Assembly (NCBI GenBank): GCA_000165425.1
Contig: CT868069.1
Span: 1-64,000, forward strand
From: Paramecium tetraurelia
Taxonomy: Eukaryota
Direction of reading: 5' to 3'
Length of the DNA: 64,000 bases
Shown here: piece after piece, positions 13,450-24,717 of the stretch
How positions within the stretch are numbered: position 1 is the stretch's first letter
How the letters are laid out: every line of letters begins with the position of its first letter
Program-made: the position numbers and the translations under genes
Notes under the pieces: model-generated
What the model was told of the DNA's origin: nothing
Seen by the model: the letters and a program-made list of their open reading frames with translations, nothing else
Databases searched by the model: none

Positions 13450-14750
13450 TGATAGAATAAATAAATAAATGAATAAGAATATCAAATAATTAGTCTATCT
13501 TAGTCAGTATTTTTATGAAGAATCATTTGGCCTATGATTTTGATAACACCCAACAATTATCTTTGAGGACCTTAAGGATATATTTTATCGTTGTTCCATT
13601 AGCCATTTAAATATTTAATATATTTTTATCCTTAAATTGTAAAAAATTAATGTTTAATATTTGTTAAAATTAACTTTGATCATAATACCTCAACACGATT
13701 TACACTTAATGGATAAATTAAAGCACTTTTGATTATGAAAATAATCATGCTGATTTGAGTAGATATTAGTATTGAAGCTATAATAATATTGAATTTACTG
13801 TTTCAATTGTATTAGTGTTATTTTTCTGAATTACTTTGATGAATTATAACTTTGAATTAAGAAATTGCCATTCTCAATCATAGTAAAATTGCAAAAGACT
13901 TATTATGTAAGTATTACAAGTTAAGAAGATTATCATAAATTTAAAGGGTCATATTAATACTTTATAAGTAAAGATGATATAAAATTAATATAATACATAT
14001 AAATAAGCTGTCAAAAAAATCTCAATTTTTTATCTTTTATATCATAAGTGACCTACAAATTTGATTTAGTTCTTATTAACTTAATAATTCTTAAAGATGT
14101 ATTTTTGATACTCACTTGATGTATTGAAGTAAGAATTATCCTTCATTAAAAAATATACAAATTATTTTATCATCAAAACTTAAATCTATATCTGGATTTT
14201 TTAATTTTCTGAATCTTTATTTAGAGTAATTATTTATGATGAATTTAAGATATGAATAGTTAATTTATTGAGTGATCATGTACTTTATTTTTATTCCTTG
14301 CTTCATTTTGGAACTTTGGATATTGATGATTTGTGAGAATAATTTTTGTTATACATGTAAATTTGCTTGATTTTTTATATGATATAGTATAATTTTTATA
14401 AACTTTCATATTCTGCTTAATAAGTTAATTATTAATATGAAAGATATGTCTTGATATGTATACAAAATTAGTTATAGCTTTATTTAACACCTAACTATCT
14501 TATATCGATAGAGTTTATTATCCTTTAACCAAATTTAGCCATTAAAACAATTTTATAAAATGTATATTTTGGAGAGTCAAATAATCTAAAATGAGGTTGT
14601 ATTTTTAAATATTTGGACATCTTCAATATAATCTATTTACTTAGACTTTATAAATATAACAAGTGCCTGTAGACAAATATTAAAACTGAGACTTAAACTC
14701 AGAATTATAATATATAAGAAAGAAGTATTACTGAAACCTTAAAAACATTT
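13450..14750 (-). pseudogene. Probable decayed gene relic
   Basis: A 1.3-kb gap in otherwise compact gene packing, with short protein-like frames interrupted by TGA. No product recognised. Confidence 0.25.
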
Positions 14751-14830
14751 CGATTACAAGAAGATAAAAATGCTGGCTGTGTTAGATCATGTTTAATGAA
14801 TATAAAATAATAATTATTTCATCTAATAAA

Positions 14831-15665
14831 ATGGATGTACGACTTCTTAAATATGATATTTTTGCATCTCCACTTATACATAAGCCTTCAAAGGGTTATG
14901 TCCCAAAATTTGGTGATAGAAGCTTAACTTCATTGCTGAAGTATAAAAATGAAACAATAAAATAACCAATCCATTCAAAGATATTTAAACCGTATGGAGA
15001 GGAATCGGAAACTAATACCTAATAAGCTATGTATACAACTGCAAAGTTGTCTTATTCTAGTTCTGTGAAAAATATCAATAAATTTCCAGAAGTTCAATTA
15101 GATCCAAAGGCTGTTAAATTGCTTGGATAGGGAAGACATTACTTGAGAAGTGAGTATCAAACAAAAAGAAAAATGCAGGAAGAGAAATAAAATCAGTATC
15201 AAAAGAATCACTCATCTGATTATTTGATGCAAAACATACAACTGAAGTTTTGTGAGAAATCTGTAAAATCATAATTCAAAGCAAATCTAATTTTCTTCAA
15301 GAAAACAAAAAATGTCACAGCGTAGATTTAATTGTTGAAAAAGGAGGAAGAAAAGAAATAAACACCTGAAATAAAGAATGAGAATTATGATTCAAGATAA
15401 AGAAAAATATAAATACCTTCTTAGAAACAATAGCATACAGATCATTCTATGTTTTCCAGCACTTTCAGAGATAACTTTTTGAAGAGCCAAAGAAGCAATA
15501 TGCATCCAAAACCGATTAGTTAAGAGAAATCTACAAGACAAGGACACAAGAAGACTCAGTCTGTCTAGTAAAGCTTATTTAATAATAGTTAGAACTTAGA
15601 GTTAAATGGAAGAAGTAAACAAAGAAGTGCCTCTTATTAGCAATAATTATCAACCTAATAATTGA
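14831..15665 (+). CDS. Uncharacterised basic protein
   Basis: MDVRLLKYDIFASPLIHKPSKG... One 25-nt intron (gtaaagc...agttag) brings the frame to TGA at 15663-15665. Confidence 0.7.
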
Positions 15666-15717
15666 TATTCTTTCAAAATTAATTATTCTAATTAACTATT
15701 TTATAATTCAAAAAATT

Positions 15718-16301
15718 ATGTTTTAGATCATCAAGGTTGATGCAGGCATTGATGCTAAATTAGAATTCGAAATATCAAACATAGTCAAGGCTGCTTATGA
15801 GAGATTCAATAACTAGTACGATCGATCGAAATATATCTCGGATTATTTGGATGAAAGGTATGGGGGATGTTGGAGAGTAACAATAGGGAAATCATTTACT
15901 AGTTGTGGGACCTATTATTTGTCACAATTGTTGAGACTTAGTTATCAAAATGATTAAATAGAAATTGTTAGAACACAGGGGGATTCGGAATTTGAAATTA
16001 TACAAAGAGACCAAGGAATGAACTAGGCTCTTTTTGATTCGATATTGGGAATGTACTACTTATTTTTAATAGAGAATATCAAATGCTTAATAAATGTAGA
16101 AAAACCTATCAGCTCAAGTTGAGTATATTTCAGAATGTGTAGAATCGAAGCATACTGGGAAATGGGCTGTGATTTGTGGGTAATTGTGTGTACATTATCC
16201 ATAGGTATGATTTTAATAGTAGAGTGCCTTATGTTAATAATAATTTGGTATGTGTAGCCAGAAAGGGCATCAGATATACAATATTAATGATAAGTAAATG
16301 A
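15718..16301 (+). CDS. Protein with two tandem dynein light chain LC8-like domains
   Basis: Domain 1: SKYISDYLDERYGGCWRVTIGKSFTS. Domain 2: VEYISECVESKHTGKWAVICGYDFNS. Both match LC8 IAxxIKxxFDKKYxxTWHCIVGRNFGS. Two introns. Confidence 0.8.
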
Positions 16302-16307
16302 ATATAG

Positions 16308-16990
16308 TCATTGCTATAATTTCAATAATCTTTGCAAGGAAAACTTGACACTAGTATTTAAGTTTTCAACTTTTTCTAGTTTTATCTTTTTACTTGACAG
16401 AGAAAATAAATGTTTAGGGTCGCTCAAAATTCCCTTTTAAATTCTCACTGACATTTAATTTTAATTGGATCCAATCGGTCCTTTGATTGAGACTCTCGAG
16501 TTAGTTACTTCTTGTATGGTCTACTCTCTAATAGCTTATTCTTAGGTTTAGGTTCGTATTTCATTTTGTTGAATGAATTTGTTGACTTCTTTAACAAAAT
16601 ACACATTGATTTTATCATCTTTGAATATCACTTTTGGTGATATCATCTTATATGAATCTCCATCTTTAATTTGGTTAGTTTCTTGAAAATCTTTCTATGT
16701 AGTTTTTAACAATTTTTGAGATGCATAAGATTTCAACAAAGTTTAACTTAAGCCTTTCATTTAAATTTTTTGATACTTTTCTATTGTGCATGTTTCTTAG
16801 GAGATCCTATTCGAGGAGAAAAATATATTTTGTCTTAATGTTAGTTAATTTCATGTTTATTGAGTTCTAAAGTTTAAATTGACGAATTCCTAGCATGATT
16901 GGCTGGCAAAGTAATATCTTGATTAATCGTTAGAGATGTTCTAGTTCTTTTACTATTTATTAGTCTATTTGATCCAGATGAATTTTTCAT
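16308..16990 (-). CDS. Uncharacterised protein
   Basis: MKNSSGSNRLINSKRTRTSL... with one stop-containing 23-nt intron (gtatcaaaaaatttaaatgaaag). Confidence 0.7.
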
Positions 16991-18287
16991 TTGATTATTA
17001 ATTAATCAATTATAAAAGCTGAAAATAAAAAATATTATAAATTTAATACAAAGTAGCAGTAGTTTTATTCCTAAGGAAGAGCCAACCGTCATATTAGTTT
17101 TTGATAATAAATGATTAATAACTATAAACATATAAAGTCATAAATTTTAAGGTATTAATAACATCAAACGAGCCTTAATAATTTATTGCACTTTCTGTAT
17201 TGAACAGCAATGGCGCATTGATTTTTTAAAGTCATAGGCAAATTCAACTTTGATAATGTTCAAGATTTTGAAGGATTAAGCTTTTATATTTTGTGATTTT
17301 AAGAAACTATATAAGGAGAAGAATCTTGATAAGTCAACAATATTAATTGAAAAATATAATTAAATCAATACAAATTACATTTCATTATACAAATCAATTT
17401 GATAGAGTTTATTATAATGGAAAGAGCTAATTGGTTCTATGAAGAATTTTATCACTCTACTTGTTGTATTTTAATTCTGGCCTTCTGCCATCTTTGATTT
17501 ATGTCATTTTCTTTAAAAGGATCTTGCTCTTCTCTACTTAATAGAGGGATCATCGCAGTTAAACACCATGTATAGCGTTCTTTATCATTTGCATAGTCTT
17601 ATAGTCTTGGGCATTGTCTAAGGTGATCTTTGCAGCAATAGTTTCTAATTGTTCTAATGCATGGCTGATGAACACAGGTATGACGAGCTTCTAATGGATC
17701 TTATTCTAAAATAGGTTTTAAAGTCCTGCTGATAGCGGTTAATATAATGTGCATAATATGGGGAATTTACAAATGCATACACATCAAAGAATGAATACAA
17801 TAATTTCAAATCTATAAGAGTATATTTTTAGATTTAAGGCACACAAATCAAAATTTAGAAAACTATTTATAGGTGAAGAAGGAGAAGTAATAAGCGTTCC
17901 TTAATAAAAGTATCTTTTCCCTCGAGCTTTCAGAATGATGGTTGTCTTAGTTATGAAGCTGCTCATTCATTTATCTACATATTAAATTCTTTATATGGTG
18001 ATGTAATTTTAGTATTTAGAACCTCAAAATTTGGTTATAGGAAGGAACTATAAGATTGATCATTGCTATTTAATAGAAGAGACTATAAAGATAGAAGAGG
18101 AATTTATAATTGTAAAAATAAAGTACATTTCTCAGAATAACACTTACTAAATAAAATTGAATTTAGAAATGTTCCTACTAGAACATACTTAATATTCCGA
18201 ATAAATATACTATCATACAATCAGATTTATATATAATTTATTAAAGGTAATTTTTTAATTCATTTAGTTAATAATTTTATATTTTTA

Positions 18288-19212
18288 ATGGAAAGTTTGT
18301 ATTCTTTATTATCATAGATTCTATTGATTACAACATCTGTTATTTTATTGATTTCTATGACAATTGCTTTTAGGAAAATCATAAAAGATGTCAATGATAT
18401 TTTAGACTCAACTGATAAACTTGTATTTTTCATAGCAGCAATTCAATGTACTAAATTTTGAAATTTAGAGTTATTGTTATTGGCATTCTTAATTTAATAA
18501 TATACACTCTTCCTAAGTGGATTGCGCATACTCAGAATGCTTTAAGACATAATGCTATTAAATTGCTTAATCAAATTAGATAGTGATAATGAACAGTGTT
18601 TAGTAACTATCAAATGTATATAGCTTACCAGAAAATTGTAGATAAAATCTCCTAGACACTTTCCTTTATTCTCCTATCTGTCTGGTGTGTCATCATATTT
18701 TTAGAAGGGTTTTAATCACATTTTTAATGCGATCAATAAATATGGATGCTCCTTTCTGGATTGCTGTTGCTTAATAACATAATTTAATTATATTTTGGAC
18801 TCAATATATTAATATAGATCTACAAATACTGCCAGGATTCAAGTAATCAACACATGTTTGATGGTTTACATAAAATTATGATGGATGAATTATAAAATAG
18901 GAAGGTATAGGTCATAGTATTTGTCCTATGTAGCATTAATTCATCAGTAATCATGTTTTTATATGATTACAACATTTTTGATCTGCTTAACCCTACACTA
19001 TGTCTCCAAAAGAATACTATTACTGAAATTCTTATTTATATTGCTGTGATTATGGTCTCGTACTAATTGCCTTGCTTAGGAATTTACTATGTGTTTTATC
19101 ATAAGAATAAAAAGTATTTGAATAACCACAATTGGGAAATACAAAGAAATATAGTCAATTTCTATGATGAAAGAAGTGAGATAGAATTGGGAGATTATTA
19201 GAACCCATAATG
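18288..19212 (+). CDS. Multi-pass membrane protein
   Basis: MESLYSLLSQILLITTSVILLISMTIAF... Several hydrophobic segments and tiny introns; ends ...IELGDYQNPQ*. Confidence 0.65.
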
Positions 19213-19283
19213 AGTCCATTTAATTCGTTTTGATTGTTAATCACAACTAATATATATTATCAATGTATTTCGTAGGCTAATCG

Positions 19284-19658
19284 TCAATTCCTTGCAATTT
19301 CTGTAACAAATATATTCCTTTTCGCATCCCGAATAAACTCTTGTATAATGCAACAACCCATAGTTGAACTTATCATGCACAATTGCTCAAAATATTTATT
19401 CAACTTGATTTATCTATCTTGAACTCTCGACAAATTCTAATTTGTTTTCACAAATAAAGATCTTTTTGGAAACTTTGGTTTGTCTACTTTAGTTTTACCT
19501 AATTAATCATCCAAAGTTCTTAATTGAGAATAACGATATTTTGATAAAAATGTTTCATCTTAGCCTTCAAATCTAATCAATATTGAAAAGACTTACTTTA
19601 CAATGTATTCCACTTTTGAATTATTGAAAAAGAAGTTTTAGATCGATATTGAATACAT
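19284..19658 (-). CDS. Small PX (phox homology) domain-only protein
   Basis: VEYIVK...KYRYSQLRTLDDQL...PKFPKRSLF...RQIKLNKYFEQL...IQEFI matches the PX RY motif, proline-rich loop and terminal helices. One 24-nt intron. Confidence 0.78.
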
Positions 19659-20120
19659 ATTAGTATAAATAGTGATTTATTTATTAACTTTAGAAAATTT
19701 CTTTTAATCCAAAACACAAATTATTGAAAAATTTAATAACTTAATTCAAAAAAACATCAAGCTAATATTTAGATTTAAATATATTTATATACTTCTAATT
19801 GGTCATCCATTTTAACTATAAAAACAAGATCTGTCAATATTAATTAATATTAAAAAGATACTAAATTTAATTTATTGAAAATAGATTACCTATATTTAAT
19901 CTTTGTTAGTAATACTTTATAATTTTAGTTAATCAAATAATAAGAAAATAAAACTAACTCAAATTATAACTCATTTTTTGATTGATTCAACAGGAAAAAT
20001 TAGAAATATCTATATTTGTAAAGACATTTAAAAATAGATACAACATAAATTTATTTATTATGCATTTAAAATGTTTGTTTATTTATGTGTATGTATTATT
20101 AATATACTATTGTTTCATGA

Positions 20121-21200
20121 TCAATCGAATAAACCTCCCATATCGACATCTTCTTCGGGCTCTTCAGCCTTGGCTGGTGCTTATTGAGCAGCTGGTTTTT
20201 CTTCAACTTTAGCTGCAACTGGGGCAGATGTTGTTGGAGCACTTGATTATTTGATCTAATCAAAAATGAATCCTGATTATAAACCAATAGCAGCCAAATC
20301 CTTGAAAGCATTAGCCAACAAATATGGAGCTGAAGCTTCGTTAACCCAACCTAATTGATTATAGATAAAAATGAATTACCATTGGCCAAAGAAACAGCAG
20401 AAACATTTCTAACATTTTGTTAGAATTTAGCAACAATGTCATTCAAGTTAACTGAGACTTATTGTTTGTTCAAGATAGATCCATTGTCATAGCAAGCAAG
20501 AACTTCCATTCTATAAAAAGATGAGATCATATTATTACCCATATAAGAATGGCTTTTTGCCTAATTTTTACAATAAGACAGCTTAAGATTAACCAACCTT
20601 TTATCCTGTTTTTAAGACAACAAAGTCTTTGGTGATTTAGATTTAACCTTTTTCAATCTTGGTTGGGATTTAGAGTGCATGGAAGAATTGGATTGAAGCT
20701 GGGTCCATACCAGTTGGGCCTGGAGGAATAACAACATCGATTGGAGCAATGGCACCAACTCTGGCTGGGGTTTCAACCTTATTCTCTTCAATGATTGGTT
20801 TAAGATCAAAGACTGGTGTTTCTGTGAAGATGAATCCGACTTTGCCTGCAACTGAGTTTTTCAAGGCATCCAACTCTTTAATTGCATTACCGAATTTAGC
20901 CAAATCCTCGTAATATTCATGTTCTTTTGGTAATTCTTGAACTCTAGTAGCCAAAACTTTTTTGAAGAGTGTCTAAAATACTAATGTGTAAATACGTTTT
21001 TGCCAATAACTAATAGGGCATTCTTCTTAGCCAAAATTCTTCTGATGTCTTACACTTATTTAGATCCAACATTTGCTAATCCAACGATGATAACTTAAGT
21101 ATATTTTGATAACAATTCATAAATCTTTCTATTATAATTATCAATGAGATAATTACTTGAATTGTGCTGGCTTCTTATCTTTTGTTTCCTTTTTGCCCAT
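20121..21200 (-). CDS. RPLP0: 60S acidic ribosomal protein P0 (uL10)
   Basis: ARVGAIAPIDVVIPPGPTGMDPASIQFFHAL; acidic C-terminus EEDVDMGGLFD*; multiple tiny introns. Confidence 0.97.
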
Positions 21201-21293
21201 TTATTATTTATTTAAATTAAAAAAAGATTTCAAATTTTTTGATAAACAATTCAAGTATATATATAAATTTCATTAATTCTTTAATATACTTTT

Positions 21294-22464
21294 TCAAGTC
21301 TCATTCTCCAACCACTTTAATCTCTTCCCTTCCTTCCATATTCCTCTCTTCTTAGTGTTATCAACAAATATAAACACCCCCTCTCCATCCTACTTACCGT
21401 CTTTCCACATCCCATCATATCTCCTCCCATCAGCCCACTGATAAACTCCTTGACCATCTTTTTTATCATTTTTATATACTCCTTCATATTTTCTGCCATC
21501 TTTCCATTTATACACTCCATATCCATGCATACAATTATTCTTCCATTAACCAACATACCCTCTTCCATCAGACCAAAAATAACACCCCTATCCATTTATT
21601 TTATTATTCTGCCACTCTCCATCAAAATAAGAACCATCTGGCCATTCATACCTCCCTGATCCCTACTTAATCCCTTAAAAATATTGTCCTGTATATTTAG
21701 ATCCATCGTTCCAAATTTCCATGCCAATGCCATGCTAAAAGTCATCTCTCCATTCTCCCTCATACCTTGACCCATTAGAATGCTTATAGACTCCCTTCCC
21801 ATTTGCTTTATCCTGATCCCACTCTCCTTCATAGATGTCACCATCTACATGATAAAATATTCCTTTGCCGCATGCTCTATTATTCTTCCATTCCCCAACA
21901 TATTTTGCTCCATCAGTCCATGTTTGTGTCCCTATTCCTTCTCTGCAGTTGCCTCTCCATTAACCCTAATAGATTGCTCCACTCTTGAACTGATAGGGAC
22001 CTCTCATATCCAATGACTCATCATTGATTTTAGATGGAATGTTGATTACCTCAAAATTCTCCTTCATGTAATTCTTATTGGCCCCTCTATTTGGATTTTT
22101 CAATACCATTTTGATCGATTATAGTCTATGTTTTTTTCTAACTTAATATCCTCGATATCTACATTAAATTTTAATTGCAGCCTTGAGAATTTTATCGTGC
22201 TAATTTTAATATTCATTAAATTTATTTCGCTCTTTAGAGCTTTATGATTATTTCTCATTTCTTTTACTTTGCTATTCTAAACATAATAAATCTGCATTTA
22301 TATTAGCTTAATTGCTTGCAATCGAATTTCTTGAGTGACTCTTGCTATTTTTAGTTCCTTTATTATCTAACTTACTCATTCATTTAATAATTTACCACTA
22401 TTTCCTTTTCCTAAACCATGTTTCTCCCAAATTTACAATCACATTGACTACACTTACCTCCCAT
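21294..22464 (-). CDS. N-acylated IQ-motif MORN-repeat protein
   Basis: [12 protein letters not shown]-terminus, AAIKIQCRYRGYQVRKK IQ motif, long MORN array ending ...[10 protein letters not shown]. Confidence 0.9.
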
Positions 22465-22610
22465 TAAGAAGAGTACTGCAAGAAACAGAAATATTATAAT
22501 AAATATTATATAATAAAATGATGTGATATAAATTAAGATCAAAACTTAAGCCTTTGAACTAGTTTAATCAATAAAATAGTCGAAATTCTCATCAATAATA
22601 AAAATATAAA

Positions 22611-23547
22611 TCAAATCATAAATTGCTATTTTACTTAGGAGGGTTCAAATATCTTCGTTGCTTGACTTTGAAGCAATTCATAAAATTAGTTTTACCCTAA
22701 CTTGCTTCCAAAGTCCAAGGAAACACTTGAGTCTTATAAATAAAATGGCAAGGGAGTTAATCTTTCGTTTGGACTGCCCAAATATGAAGACATGGATTCC
22801 AAATGAAATTCATTGAACACCTTGCAAATACTTCGAATAATAGCCATTTCCTCTTTGTGTTATTCGTTGTTTGGAATCAATTGCATTACCTTACATAACA
22901 ATTAATAAGAGTGTTAGGCCTTGATATTTATAGTGATATCGTGAGTATTAATTTGCTACTCCATAAGTAATTGATTACGTTCATTATTTATACAATTCTA
23001 AGTTTTAATTACATCTATAAATGAATTTGCTCATTAAATTTCAATTGTATTTACTTTTACTAATTTTGAAGATCCTTCAAAGTTTCAGTTAGTTACTGAT
23101 GCTCCGCCTCATAAATTTAGTGTTTCAGATTATTATCCTAATTGCTAAGTTCTTCAAGGACCTTCATTTTATTTTAACTAATGATATTTATCAACTATTT
23201 TCTACTTCATTATAAGTATTCATACTTCTCTCCTTGAATAAAATAACGATGAGCAAACACATTGATGTTTCGTCGAATCTTTGTTCTCTTAAAACCATAC
23301 AAATTTAATTGCCTATCAAAAGTAAACCATCAAACTAACCTAATAAAACTCGCAAATGACTTCTGTTTATAGAATACTCTAAGTATTTATTTCTCTAATT
23401 TCTTGATATCACAAACCTCAAATGATGTACCATCATCACTCCATCTCAAAAACCTATATTGCTCTGACTAAACTTATCATATTAATTTATTACTTCTAGC
23501 AAATCAAATAGCTTATCTAAAAACTTCGGACTTTTTTTCTATTGCAT
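22611..23547 (-). CDS. HSF-type DNA-binding domain protein
   Basis: PKFLDKLFDLLE...LRWSDDGTSFEV...SFASFIRQLNLYGFKR is the HSF DNA-binding domain signature, followed by a coiled coil. Confidence 0.9.
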
Positions 23548-23669
23548 TCAATATTAATATAATAATTTTTCTGATGGTATGTCATCTTTTAGTTTATTTA
23601 GTCATAATGAGATTAATATAAATATATTTTATTAAATTATTGAAAAATATAAATAGGATCTATACAGCA

Positions 23670-24599
23670 TCATAAATCAAACCCAAAAAAGTTAAAATCT
23701 GATTCTTGCTAACCAAAAAACCAAACTGGTTCCAAAGTTTCAAGATTAAACTGATCCTACTTATGATTTAAATAATTTCCAATATCTTCAACAACGGCTT
23801 TTCCGAATGGAGCAGGAGAAGTTGGATAAGGAACCTCTACTTCATCTTCCTTTATTGACAGCGTTTCACTCATCCATAGATCTTCTTCCTTCGGATACAC
23901 GCACTTTATTAGGTACTAAAATGAAGCCTCTATCAATCATAATGAATGTTTTTACAAGCTTCTGGTTTCATTGCTCTGACGATCATCCGAATACTCTCAA
24001 TGAAAAATACTCCTCTCCTCTCCTAAATAGCCTTTATTTCCAATAGTTTCTATCAATTATTTGATAGGATCTTACTTCAATTATGAGTTTGAAATGACGC
24101 TGAAACCTCAACTATTGCTGAATGAAATCAACCAATTATTTCTAGATGATTACTTATTCTTATTTCAAAGACGTCATTGTATTTTTTAATTCCTCTTATT
24201 CTATAAGAAATGTCCCTATCTATTGTTTCTCTACGTGAATTTATTTTTTCTTCTAAATGAACTTCTGGATAACTTTGTTTTATGTGAAGTACGGGTGCTC
24301 GTAAGTCAAGATCCCATCTTAATCCTTACAACTTGTAAAGCCATACATATTCAATTGTCTGCAAAATAGAAACAAAATACCTTAAAAAACTTGAATAATT
24401 GCCATGCTTGAAAAATCGAGGCAAGACATTCTCTTATAATAATGATTTATCAATGATTTTAATTTTAATTCCTTCTTCATCCCACTTTATAATGTCTATA
24501 TACTCAGAACACTATATTTGTGATTGATAGTACATCTAGAATCTATTTAAAAATCTCAATAAATCTATTGCTTTTGCTTTTATTATTTTTTTTGTTCAT
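23670..24599 (-). CDS. HSF-type DNA-binding domain protein
   Basis: IIKWDEEGIKIKI...[23 protein letters not shown]...YEHPYF. Confidence 0.92.
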
Positions 24600-24717
24600 T
24601 ATTTTTTTAAATTCATGAAAATAAATTCATTTTTCTAATAGTATTCATAGACAACTATTAATCATAATTAAATAGAAGCAATGATAGATTGGTTAAATAC
24701 AAAATTGTATAATGATA

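Noticed and set aside
13480..13900. Possible histidine-kinase ATPase remnant
   Set aside because: The resemblance is vague; no clear H, N or G boxes could be read.
15560..15935. Apparent read-through of the 14831 ORF into the LC8 gene
   Set aside because: A canonical 25-nt intron restores a TGA at 15663-15665.
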